Of a DNA stretch of 64,000 nucleotides, positions 1-11,376 are shown piece after piece. The translations under genes and the position numbers were made by a program. The stretch comes from an uncultured Actinomycetes bacterium. Its GTDB lineage: Bacteria > Actinomycetota > Thermoleophilia > UBA2241. The notes under the pieces were generated by a model that made no database searches, was not told the DNA's origin, and saw only the letters and a list, made by a program, of their open reading frames with translations. The stretch spans positions 32,001-96,000 of the forward strand of contig CAVYCN010000018.1 in assembly GCA_963767005.1 (NCBI GenBank), in the 5' to 3' direction. How positions within the stretch are numbered: position 1 is the first letter of the stretch; each line of letters begins with the position of its first letter.

Positions 1-26
1 ACCACCGCCACGTTCGGCTTGCTCAT
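1..26 (-). CDS. 5' end of a gene running off the window (MSKPNVAV...), product unknown
   Basis: ATG at 26 preceded by an AAGGAG RBS, same orientation as the upstream operon; only 8 full codons visible. Confidence 0.4.
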
Positions 27-221
27 GATCTTCTGCTCCTTGCGCTCGAGTTGCTGCGGTGGACCGTGGCGCGCGCCGGCCGCCCTTGGCGGTCGCGCAT
101 CGCGGTCCACCCGTCACGGAGGGATTCGCTCATCGCCGAGAGGGGGCGGGCCGGCTCAGCGTCTGCACTGCGCACCACCGTCCGCGGGTCCGCCGGCCCG
201 CCCCCTCTCGGCCACGTCGTC

Positions 222-1586
222 CTAGATGCCGAGCTGCTCTTCGACCACGCCGATCGACTCGTCGAGCACGCGCACGACCTCGTCGATCTGCTCCTTGCTG
301 ATGATGAACGGCGGCGCCACGGCGTGGCAGTGACCGCCGCCCAGCAGGCGCACGAACACGCCGCGCTTGAAGGCCTCGTCGCGCACCTTGGCGGCCGCGC
401 CCACCGCCGGCGGGAACCACTCCCTGGTCGCCTTGTCCTGCACGTACTCGATGCCGGCCACGAGGCCCACGCCGCGCACGTCGCCCACGATCGGGTGCTC
501 GAGCAGCGTCTTCAGACCCGCCTGCATGTAGGCGCCGACCTCGGCGCAGCGCTCGACCAGGTGCTCGCGCTCGACGATCTCGAGGTTGGCGAGGCCGGCC
601 GCCGAGCAGAGCGGATGGCCGTTGTAGGTGGCGCCGCTCATGAAGGCCTCGCCCGGGCCGCCCAGGAAGGCGTCGTAGACGTGGTCCTTGGCGCCCACCG
701 CGCCGAGCGGCAGGTAGCCCGACGACAGGCCCTTGGCCAGGGTGATCAGGTCGGGATCGGAGCCGAACTGCTGAAAACCGAACCACGTGCCCGAGCGCCC
801 GAAGCCGGTGATCACCTCGTCGTTCACCACGAGCACGTCGTTTGCCTTGCAGGTCTCGCAGACCAGCGGCCAGTACTCGGGCGGCGGTGGGATCACGCCG
901 CCCGTGCCGATCATCGTCTCGCCGAGCATGGTGCCGACGTTCTCGGCGCCGTAGAAGGCGATCTCCTGCTCGACGACCTTGGCGCACTCCATCTTGCAGT
1001 CGTCGCCGTAGGTCTTGTTCCAGGCGCAGCGGTAGCAATAGGGCGCGCCGAGCTTGATGAAGCCGGGCAGCAGCGGCTCGAACTTCTGGCGGTTGACCGA
1101 GAGCCCCTGGGCACTCGTCGAGGTCATCGTGGTGCCGTGGTAGGAGCGGTCGCGGAACAGCACCATGTACTTGGTGCCGTTGCCGCGGTTGCGATGGTAC
1201 TGGCGCGCCATCTTGATGGCGGTCTCGACCGACTCGCCGCCGCCGAGGGTGAAGAACACGTGGTTCAGGTCGCCCGGCATGAGGCTCGCCACCTTGGCGG
1301 CGAGCTTGATCGTGGGCTCGTTCGCGATCTGGAAGATGTGGTAGATCGCGAGCTTGTCCATCTGCGCCTTGATGGCGTCGTAGATCTCGGTGCGTCCGTG
1401 GCCCACGTTGACGGTCCACAGCGACGCGAAGGCGTCGATGTAGGCGTTGCCCTCGGTGTCGTAGACCACGGCGCCTTCGGCGTGGTCCATGATGATCGGC
1501 TTCAGGCCCTGCATCTGCGTGAACGGCGGCCAGAGGTGGCCGAGAAAGTCGTCCTCCAGCCGCGGCGTCTGGCTTACCTCTGTCAT
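222..1586 (-). CDS. Class III (omega-amine) PLP aminotransferase
   Basis: 454 aa; GGESVETAIK, SYHG, DEVITGFGRSG and TLAKGLSSGYLP (PLP lysine) motifs; GAGGAG RBS. Confidence 0.93.
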   Translation of the reverse strand: MTEVSQTPRLEDDFLGHLWPPFTQMQGLKPIIMDHAEGAVVYDTEGNAYIDAFASLWTVNVGHGRTEIYDAIKAQMDKLAIYHIFQIANEPTIKLAAKVASLMPGDLNHVFFTLGGGESVETAIKMARQYHRNRGNGTKYMVLFRDRSYHGTTMTSTSAQGLSVNRQKFEPLLPGFIKLGAPYCYRCAWNKTYGDDCKMECAKVVEQEIAFYGAENVGTMLGETMIGTGGVIPPPPEYWPLVCETCKANDVLVVNDEVITGFGRSGTWFGFQQFGSDPDLITLAKGLSSGYLPLGAVGAKDHVYDAFLGGPGEAFMSGATYNGHPLCSAAGLANLEIVEREHLVERCAEVGAYMQAGLKTLLEHPIVGDVRGVGLVAGIEYVQDKATREWFPPAVGAAAKVRDEAFKRGVFVRLLGGGHCHAVAPPFIISKEQIDEVVRVLDESIGVVEEQLGI

Positions 1587-1618
1587 GGCTCCTCCTCGCT
1601 CTCCTGCCCGGGTCGCCC

Positions 1619-2254
1619 TCAGCGGACGAGCGCCTTGGCGAGATCGACGGCCGCCGCCGCGTTGGCGCCGTAGCCGTCGGCCCCTACCTCATCGACGAAC
1701 GCCTGCGTGACGGGCGCCCCGCCGCAGACCACCTTGACGCTGTCGCGCAGGCCCTCGGCCTGGAGCAGCTTCACCGTGTCGCCCATCTTCGGGATGGTCG
1801 TCGTCAGCAGGCCGCTCATGCCGATGAGGTCGGGCTTGTACTCCTGCACGGCCGCGACGAACTGGGCCGGCGTGATCCCGGTGCCCAGATTGTGCACGGT
1901 GAAGCCGGCCCCCTCGAGCATCATGGCTACGAGGTTCTTGCCGATGTCGTGCACGTCGCCCTCGACCGTGCCGATCACGATCGTGGCGACGGCGCCGCTG
2001 TCGCCCTCGGCAAGGCGCGGCTTGAGGATATCGAGGGCGCCCTGCATGGTGCGCGCGCTGAGCAGAACCTCGGGGATGAACGACTCGCCGGCGCGCATGC
2101 GCTGCCCGACGACGTCCATCCCGGGCAGCAGGCCGCCGTCCAGGATCTCACGGGCGCCGACCCCCTGCTCGAGCAGTTGCCGCGTCAGCTCCTTCGCGCG
2201 CTCGCCGTCACCGGCGATGACCGCCTCTTTCACGTTCTCGTAGGCATCCGCCAT
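1619..2254 (-). CDS. Methylamine methyltransferase corrinoid protein (MttC/MtbC family)
   Basis: B12-binding motif GDVHDIGKNLV...SGLLTTT...GGAP with N-terminal cap domain; start moved to ATG 2254. Confidence 0.93.
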   Translation of the reverse strand: MADAYENVKEAVIAGDGERAKELTRQLLEQGVGAREILDGGLLPGMDVVGQRMRAGESFIPEVLLSARTMQGALDILKPRLAEGDSGAVATIVIGTVEGDVHDIGKNLVAMMLEGAGFTVHNLGTGITPAQFVAAVQEYKPDLIGMSGLLTTTIPKMGDTVKLLQAEGLRDSVKVVCGGAPVTQAFVDEVGADGYGANAAAAVDLAKALVR

Positions 2255-2354
2255 GGCCGTCCCCAGTCTCCTTTCAGCCCGATCCCGCTCGATCACCAGG
2301 CGCGCGCCGACGTCGCGCCTGCCTGAGCCGCGACGACGTGGTCGATCGCCGGCA

Positions 2355-3842
2355 CTAGAAGGTCACCGCGGTCGCCTCGACGCCGAGCTCCTTCTCGGTC
2401 TCCTCGACGATCGCGCGCAGGCGCTCGAGCACCCCGGCCGGCAGCGGCGCCGGCTCGTGCGTGGCGAGCAGCCGGCGCGCCTCGGCCGTGGCGCTCGCAT
2501 ACAGGTCGGCGCCGCCGGCGGCGGCCCAGTCGTCGCGTACACGCCGGTCGATCAGCCTCGCCTGCGACTGCGAGCGCATGTGCTTGTACGTACTGTCGAG
2601 GCTCAGGAAGTCGCCCTGCGAGCCGACCTCGTGGATATCGTCGATCATCAGCAGCTCGTCGGTCACCGGGATGCCGCCGATCGTGAACTTGATGAGCCGC
2701 GCGAACTCGCAATCCATGAGCAGCTGACCGTAGTCGAAGGTGACGCCTGACTCGAGCATCCCCAGGCCGTAGATCAGGTTGGCCCCTGCCAACGCTGGAA
2801 GCAGGCCCGTGAGAGTCTTCTCGTGACCGGACTGCGCGTCACCGAGCTTGGCGTCGCCCTACGCACCGGCGACCCAGCTCGGCAGCAGGTAGAAGCGCGC
2901 GAGCTGGGCCACGGCCGCGTTGATCAGGCCGCACTCGGGGCTGCCGACCGAGGCCGAGGCGAGACGCAGGTCCATGGCCGTCGTCGAGCTGCCGTAGACC
3001 ACCGGCGCGCCGCGCCGAGTGAGCTGGGCCAGGGTGATGCCCGACAGCACCTCGGCGTTGTGGGTGACGAGCGTGCCCGACAGCGAGACCGGCGACGAGG
3101 CGCCCGCCATCGCCATGCTCAGCACGTTCACCGTGCTGCCGCTGCGGGCCGCGCCCATGATGATCTCGCAGCAGTCCTTCACCAGCTTGAGCGGGCTGAC
3201 CGGGCAGGTGATGAACGACACGAGCGGGCGGCGCCGCAGGGCGGCCGCGCCGCCCACGACCGCGGCCGCCATCTCGACGACGCGCTCGAGCAGGTGGCCG
3301 TTGATCGGGCCGATGAAGACGTGCTTGGTCGTGTTGGCGAAGATCGCCTCGGCGTTGTGCAGCGGCACCGCGTCCTGCGGCACGTCGTGCGCGCCGATCG
3401 GGCGCTCGACCACGTCGATCTCGGGCAGCGCGTCGATCAACCGGGTCGCCTCGGCGACGTCGCGCTTGGTCGGCTCGCGCAGCGCGCCGGTCTCGGGGTC
3501 GGTGACCTTGATGCCCTCGCCGAAGTTGGTGAAGCCGACGCGGCCCGGCTCGAGCACGATGTCGTTCTCGGGCACGCGCCCGCAGAGCGTGATGGACGAC
3601 GGCGCGCTGCGCACGGCGTCCTCGACCAGGTGGGCCGGCAGGCGCACGATGCGGGCGTCGCGCTCGACGTCGGCGCCGCCCGCCTCGAAGAGGTCGAGCG
3701 CGGCGTCGTCCTCGACCCACACGCCCGTCCGCCCCAGCACCTCGAGCGTCGCCAGGTGGATGTCCTGGATCTCGTCGTCGGTGAAGACGTTCAGGCTGAG
3801 CCCGCCAGACGCCTTGTGCCCGGCGTGCGGGTTCCTTCTCAT
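2355..3842 (-). CDS. mttB: Pyrrolysine-containing trimethylamine:corrinoid methyltransferase (495 aa, Pyl328)
   Basis: ORFs 2859..3842 and 2355..2792 are in frame, separated only by TAG at 2859-2861; read-through gives LPSWVAGA-O-GDAKLGDAQSGHEKT, matching the known Pyl site of MttB. Confidence 0.9.
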
Positions 3843-3971
3843 GGCTCGACCTCCTTCGAGCGCCTGGCCGCCGCCCGCCTGCGGCGGGCGGCGCCGATCA
3901 GTACCGCGCGGGCGGCGGCCGCAGGGAGAGGACGTCCGCCGCCCGCCCGTGAGTGCGGGAGCCTGTCGTCG

Positions 3972-5405
3972 CTAGTGCTCCCGTCCGTGGTCCAGCGCCG
4001 GCTCACGCACCAGGCCGGTCTTGCGCTTGAGCCGTTCCACACAGTTGATCCTGATGTCGAGCAGCTCGGCGATGCGGGCCTTGGCCTCGAGGCCCTTGGC
4101 CACACCCGGCACGGCGGTCACCGTGCCGATGTCGAGCTCCTCGCGCAGGGTGCGCATGAGGGTCGAGTCGGACAGGTCGGACACGCCGACCCCGAGCTTG
4201 TCGGCCACGTATGCCTTCGCCTCGGGGAGCCTCATCTTTCTGAGCTGCATCCTGGCCACCAGATCTCCAGCGGTCTTGATGCCGCCGATCGACGAGGCAA
4301 GCGCGTGCGCCATGCCCATGCCGTTCGGGTCGCCGGTACCCACCTATAACCCGTCGGCGCGGCCGATCTCGACCATCGCCGCGCTGGCTCGCGTGACCAT
4401 GTCGATGGGCGAGACCTCGAACATGGGCACGCCGCCGACGCCGTTGCCGACGTTCGGGTGGATCGGGATCGTCGCCTCGGCGGTGCAGGCCTGCACGAAG
4501 GTCACCGCGCGCGCCACGTTCCAGGCGCACGACTTCTTCGAGTTGTTGTTGACGACCGGCCCGAAGATGGCGGCGCCGGCCTTCTCGACGACCTTCACCT
4601 GCTGGTGCGGCCAGAGGCCGGCCAGGCGCGTGCCGTCGTACTCGAGCTCGCCGTGGAAGCCGAGCACGTTCTCGGCCGCCATGCCGATCTGGACGGCCAT
4701 GTCGGTGGTGCTCGAGATGTGCTCGCAGGCGCGCAGGGTGGCGAGGAACTCGGCGTCGCCGGTCGAGGCCACCGTGTCGTAGTTGATGCCGTCGGCGGCC
4801 ACCTCGACCATGCGCTCGGACAGCCAGATGGTGTCGGCCTGGCAGACCTCGAGCGCCTCCTCCTGCGTGCGCCGTGCCTCGTCGATCTTGCCCAGCGGCA
4901 GCAGGTCGGACGGGTTCTCGAACGAGCCGTCGGGCCGGTAGTAGAGGCCGAGGTTCGGCATGAAGCCGTAGAGCAGCGGCAGGATGGTGATGTGCTGGAG
5001 CAGCTCCATGTGCTCCTGCTCGACCGTAGCGATGAACTTGCAGGGCTTCACGGAGTAGTCGAGGTGACCGACCTCCATCGAGTCGAAGGCGAAGGCGGTC
5101 TCGAACAGGCGGATCGCCTGCTCGCGGCTGATCGGCGCGGCGATGCCGCTCGACAGGCGCGACGAGCAGAGCGTGTTGACCGAGCCGTCCTTGCTCATGA
5201 CCGCCTCGTGGCCCCGCTCCACGCCCCAGATCCGCTGAGGGCTGGCGAACATGTCCTCGAGGTAGTCGAGCTCGTTCTCGCAGAGCGGCGGCATCTTGCC
5301 CCTCGCGGCGGCTGCCTCCGTGCCCTCGACGAGGTCGCGACGCAGGTCGTCACGACTCATCTGCACGGTGGCGCCGTCCCCCATGCGCGTCGTGATGGTG
5401 CTCAC
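3972..5405 (-). CDS. mtbB: Pyrrolysine-containing dimethylamine:corrinoid methyltransferase family protein (477 aa, Pyl354)
   Basis: ORFs 4344..5543 and 3972..4343 are joined by in-frame TAG at 4344-4346; context [14 protein letters not shown]...GDLVARMQ and N-terminal TRMGDG match MtbB; GTG start with GGAGG RBS. Confidence 0.9.
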
Positions 5406-5502
5406 AACTTCGCCACCTCCTCTGCCGGCCGCGTCGACCGGGCAAGTCCCGCGGTGCCGTCGGAGCCCCGGCGCGGCCTGTATGCGTCCACGAGTTGGCC
5501 GG

Positions 5503-5531
5503 ATGCTATCCCACCCAGGTGGATAACACAA
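5503..5531 (-). promoter_or_regulatory. Putative sigma70 promoter of mtbB (TTGTGT-N17-TAGCAT) with palindromic operator CCACCCAGGTGG (5511-5522) in the spacer
   Basis: Read from the sequence; the same operator recurs at 15134-15145. Confidence 0.6.
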
Positions 5532-5580
5532 GCGGCGACACACCGCCGGACCAGTTCTACGACCTCGTGACGCGGAACCG

Positions 5581-6297
5581 CTAGCCTGCCGCTGCGCCGT
5601 CCCGCGCGGCGAGCCCCCTGAGCTCGGCCATCGAGTTGCGCAGCAGCAGCTCGAGGGCCGAGAGCGGGCGCCGCAGGTCGAAGTGCTCAGGGTCGAGCCC
5701 GGCCTGGATCGACAGGCCGTCGGGGATCGCGGCGATGAGCTCGGCGAGGCCGGTCAGGATCTCGTGCTGGCGGCCGTCAGCGCCCTCGGCGGCGAGGCCC
5801 AGCCACTCGAGGTTCTGGCGATACCACCAGCGATACAGCTCGAACATGCGCTCGCGCAGCTCCGGATGGCGGAACGCGTGCGGCAGGATGTCGAAGAAGC
5901 CGCGGAACGAGTCGGCCCCGACGATCATGCCCTCGATGCCGATCATGGCCGCGTGCAGGCGGTCGTCGGCGCTCACTGTGCGCAGGTCGGCGGCCAGGCG
6001 CAGGCACTCGTCGTGGATGAGGGCGTCGACGACGGCGGCCACCAGGCCGGCCTTGTTGCCGAAGTTGTAGCGGATCGAGGCCTTGTTGACGCCGGCTTCG
6101 GTCGCCACGTTCTCGAGCGTGAGTGCCCCGTAGCCGCGCTTGGCGAGCAGCCGCGACGCCGCTTCGAGGATCTTCTGCGCCGTCTCGGGCAGCGTCGACA
6201 GCGGGTCCTCGAACGGCACCCACTTGCTCGCCTTCTTCGGCGCCGGCGCGGTCCCCCCCGCGCCGGACCTGGTCGTCTGTCGGGCGGCGCCGCTCAT
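5581..6297 (-). CDS. TetR/AcrR family transcriptional regulator
   Basis: KILEAASRLLAKRGYGALTLENVATEAGVNKASIRYNFGNK HTH; ATG overlaps the upstream TGA (ATGA). Confidence 0.92.
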   Translation of the reverse strand: MSGAARQTTRSGAGGTAPAPKKASKWVPFEDPLSTLPETAQKILEAASRLLAKRGYGALTLENVATEAGVNKASIRYNFGNKAGLVAAVVDALIHDECLRLAADLRTVSADDRLHAAMIGIEGMIVGADSFRGFFDILPHAFRHPELRERMFELYRWWYRQNLEWLGLAAEGADGRQHEILTGLAELIAAIPDGLSIQAGLDPEHFDLRRPLSALELLLRNSMAELRGLAARDGAAAG

Positions 6298-7742
6298 GAC
6301 GTCGCCGCGATCGCCGCGTCCGTCACGGCGCAGATCTCGCGCAGGGCGGCGAGCTGGTCGTCGCTCAGGTGCGGGGCGCGGCCGGCCCGCGCGGCGAGGA
6401 CCTCCTCGACGCGCGCGACGGCCGCATCGAGCTCGGTCGTGCCCTCGGCGCGCCAGGCGTCGTAAGGCAGACGCGAGGCGACACGCGGCATGAAGTGCAC
6501 ACCGTTCCTGATCGCCTGGCGCGTGTCCTTCTCCTTCAAGAAGTTGCCGCCGATGCCCACGCGCTCCATCATATCGCGGGCGATGGTCGCCGGGCTGATC
6601 TCGATCTCGCCGAGCAGCCGGCGGATCATCGCCACGATCTCGGCATCGACCACGATCTGCGGCAGGTAGAGCGTGTTGACCGAGTCGATCAGGCCCATGC
6701 CACCGCTCAGCAGGTCGGAGCCGGCCGCCACCGTGACGAAGGCCTTGAGCGCCTTCTCGAAGCCGTCCTGCACGCCGAGATGCTTGGCGTCGGTGCCGAG
6801 GCCCGGCGTCGTGACCGGCAGGCCGAGGTCGTGCAGCACCTCGGTGAAGGCCGCGTCGTACAGGGCCCCCTCGAGGGCGCCGTAGCAGATGCTCGTCGAG
6901 CGCATGTCGAGGATGGTGCCGGACGGACCGCAGATCAGGCGCGCGCCGGGCGACAGCACCTGCAGGGCGGCGCAGGCGCCGAGCAGCTCGGCCAGGCCCT
7001 GGACGACCACGCCGGCCAGCGTGGCGGGCGCCGTCGCGCCCGAGATCGGCACGGTGTAGATCTCGATCGGTGTGCCGTGGTCGGCCAGGCGCGCGTGCAC
7101 GTCGAGCAGGCGACCGTCGAGCGACAGCGGCGAGGCCACCGTGAACAGGGTGCTGATCCGGGGCCGCCGGCGAAACTCCTCGAGGCTGCCGCAGAGCACC
7201 TCGGCGATCGCCAGCACGAGCTCGACCTCGCTCGGGCAGTCGACGAAGGTGACGTGCTTGTCGGTCTCGGTGAGGACCGTGTAGTACTCGATCTTCTCGC
7301 GCGCTTCGAGCGCCACGTCGTTGGCCGTCACCGTGGTCCACTGCACGTCGAGCTCGGGCGTCTCGTCGAGCAGGATCGTGGCCTCGCGCAGGTCGCGCAG
7401 GGTCGAGGGGCGGTGCTCGCCGCTACGGTAGTCGAGCGTGAGCGCGGCGCAGCCGGAGGGCGAGAAGCGCGACCTGCCGCCCTCGCGCAGCACGACGTCG
7501 TGCTCGGGCGTGGCGCCGCCCAGCACGATCTCGCGCGGGCACTGCCGGCGCAGCCGATCGACGAGCTCTGCCGGGAACCGCACGACGCCGGTCTCGTCGT
7601 CGACCGCCGCGCCGGCCTCGCGCAGCCGCGCCAGGTGCCGGGTACCGGCCATCCTCAGACCGACCCGCTCGAGCAAGGCGAGCGCCTCCTCGTAGACGAG
7701 GTGCTTCTCGGCGTCGCTCATCCAGGTCGTGCGGGCTTGCAT
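6294..7742 (-). CDS. Non-pyrrolysine MttB-superfamily methyltransferase
   Basis: 482 aa MttB-like (VASPL, GATAPATLAG, PGLGTDAK...QDGFEK); no internal amber codon. Confidence 0.88.
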   Translation of the reverse strand: MQARTTWMSDAEKHLVYEEALALLERVGLRMAGTRHLARLREAGAAVDDETGVVRFPAELVDRLRRQCPREIVLGGATPEHDVVLREGGRSRFSPSGCAALTLDYRSGEHRPSTLRDLREATILLDETPELDVQWTTVTANDVALEAREKIEYYTVLTETDKHVTFVDCPSEVELVLAIAEVLCGSLEEFRRRPRISTLFTVASPLSLDGRLLDVHARLADHGTPIEIYTVPISGATAPATLAGVVVQGLAELLGACAALQVLSPGARLICGPSGTILDMRSTSICYGALEGALYDAAFTEVLHDLGLPVTTPGLGTDAKHLGVQDGFEKALKAFVTVAAGSDLLSGGMGLIDSVNTLYLPQIVVDAEIVAMIRRLLGEIEISPATIARDMMERVGIGGNFLKEKDTRQAIRNGVHFMPRVASRLPYDAWRAEGTTELDAAVARVEEVLAARAGRAPHLSDDQLAALREICAVTDAAIAATS

Positions 7743-7755
7743 GGCTCGTCCTCCG

Positions 7756-9585
7756 TCAGTGCCGCTTGCCGGTCCCCGGACCGTCGCCGCGCCCCGCGGC
7801 CGGGATCACCGGCAGGACCAGGTGCGAAGCGTGGCGGTGGTCGTGCCGGACGGTCTGTCGGGCCGCGCGGCGACGAGCGTCGGTGCCCGCCGGTCGGCCC
7901 GTGTTCAGGTTGCGGTCGTAGCGGCCGAAATCGCTGCTCGAGACCTCGAGCCGCAGGCTGTGTCGCCGGCCGAAGAGGTGACCCGTGGCCGCCATGTCGA
8001 CCGTGAGCCGCAGCACCTCTTCGCCATCGTATCGCGTGGTGTCGCGCTGCTCGAGCGCGCCGAGGCGCGCGATGCCCTCCTGCACGAGCTGGGCGTGGCC
8101 GTCGGGGAACACGTCGACGAGGGCCGCCGTGAAGTCGGTATCGGGCGCCGACGACGCGACGTGCAGCTCGCACGAAAGCGGACCGACGACCTCGAGCTCC
8201 TCGTCGAGCGGCGCCGTCGTGTAGACGAGCACGTCGGGCCGCGTCTCGAGCGGCCGTCGGTCGTCGAGTGCGGTCGCCATGTCCCAGATGCTGCGCGTGA
8301 GCCAGTAGTCGACCGGTCGCTCGGGGTCGTACACGAACGCGTCGGGCGGCTCGTCTCCGGGGGGCTCGGCGCTGAGGCCGCCGCCGACGCCGCCGGCCCG
8401 GCCGTCCCCGCGCAGGTACAGACGCAGCGGCTCGGCGGCCGGCAAAGGCCAGCCGTCGGCCGTGCGCCAGCGGTCGGCGCCGACCACGTAGACCTGCACG
8501 GTCGGATCGTCCTCGACGCCGTTGCGCACGCCCCGCAGCCAGCGCTCGAAGAAGCGCTCCTCGCGGTCGTAGCACCAGGCGTCGCGGTCGACCGGGATGC
8601 GGCCGACGTGCCCGGTCACGAGCGTGCTCAGGCCGTGGTCGGTCGGTCCGAGCACGAGCTGCTGCACCGTCGCCGTGGCGGTGTGCCGGGCGCTCGCCGC
8701 GGTCCAGGCGGCGAGCGAGGCGTCGAGGAACACGTCGTACCAGCCGCTCCAGTGCAGGCCGGGCACGGCGATCGGTGCCCGCGACAGGTCGCGCTCCTGC
8801 CACCACTCGTCGCGACGCGGGTGGTGCACGAGGTCCTTGAAGGCCGGGCTGCAGGTGCCCGCGGCCTCGTCCATCGTCTCGACGGGCAGGTGCCAGGGAT
8901 CGAAGCGAAAGGAGTTGAGCAGCGCCCGGGCGTTCATCTCGTAGGCCCACTCGCCGATGCCGAGCAGCGAGAAAGCGCCGCCGTGGTAGGCCGCCCGATA
9001 GAAGTCGGGCGCGGTGTCGCCGGGCGCCACGCAGCGCAGGTTGGGGTGGCCGCTCGCGGCGACGGCCCACTGCGTGATGCCGTGGTACGACTCGCCGGCC
9101 ATGCCCACGTCGCCGTTGCACCAGGGCTGGGCGGCGACCCAGTCAAGCGTGTCCCAGCCGTCGGCGGCCTCGTGCACGAGCGGCTCCCAGCGCCCGCCCG
9201 AGCCGTACTTGCCGCGCACGTCCTGCACGACGCAGCGGTAGCCCTTCCGCGCCCAGTAGGCGCCGCGGGCGTGCATATAGGGATGGTCGTCGCGGCCGTA
9301 GGGCTGGCGGATGAGCACCACCGGCAGCGGCCCGGCCGCGCCGCTGGGATGGAACACGTGGGCCCGCAACGCGACGCCGTCGCGCATCGGCACGGCGACG
9401 TCGCGCTCCACGCGGTGGCCGGCGAAACGGTCGGGCGTGCGCGTCGGCGTGACCGCACGGGGCACGACGCAGCGCCGGCGGTAGGCCTGGGCGCAGCGGC
9501 GGCCGGACCAGCGCAGCTCGGCCGTCGCTCGCGCCGCCCAGTGTCGCGCGCTCACGCCCGCCGCCTCGATGCCGAGAGCCGCCAC
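7756..9585 (-). CDS. CocE/NonD family serine hydrolase (esterase/peptidase)
   Basis: VPMRDGVAL, RQPYG, QDVRG, nucleophile GESYHG, GWYD and a C-terminal PepX_C-like region; start uncertain (9585 or 9465). Confidence 0.9.
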   Translation of the reverse strand: MAALGIEAAGVSARHWAARATAELRWSGRRCAQAYRRRCVVPRAVTPTRTPDRFAGHRVERDVAVPMRDGVALRAHVFHPSGAAGPLPVVLIRQPYGRDDHPYMHARGAYWARKGYRCVVQDVRGKYGSGGRWEPLVHEAADGWDTLDWVAAQPWCNGDVGMAGESYHGITQWAVAASGHPNLRCVAPGDTAPDFYRAAYHGGAFSLLGIGEWAYEMNARALLNSFRFDPWHLPVETMDEAAGTCSPAFKDLVHHPRRDEWWQERDLSRAPIAVPGLHWSGWYDVFLDASLAAWTAASARHTATATVQQLVLGPTDHGLSTLVTGHVGRIPVDRDAWCYDREERFFERWLRGVRNGVEDDPTVQVYVVGADRWRTADGWPLPAAEPLRLYLRGDGRAGGVGGGLSAEPPGDEPPDAFVYDPERPVDYWLTRSIWDMATALDDRRPLETRPDVLVYTTAPLDEELEVVGPLSCELHVASSAPDTDFTAALVDVFPDGHAQLVQEGIARLGALEQRDTTRYDGEEVLRLTVDMAATGHLFGRRHSLRLEVSSSDFGRYDRNLNTGRPAGTDARRRAARQTVRHDHRHASHLVLPVIPAAGRGDGPGTGKRH

Positions 9586-9591
9586 CCCGCC

Positions 9592-11372
<1,781 letters not shown>

Positions 11373-11376
<4 letters not shown>

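Noticed and set aside
27-224. Read-through fusion of the aminotransferase (TAG) to the next gene, which is in the same frame
   Set aside because: An in-frame TGA at 114-116 intervenes
2355-5405. mttB and mtbB as nonsense-mutated pseudogenes or four separate genes
   Set aside because: Both stops are TAG at the family-specific pyrrolysine positions, with continuous in-frame homology
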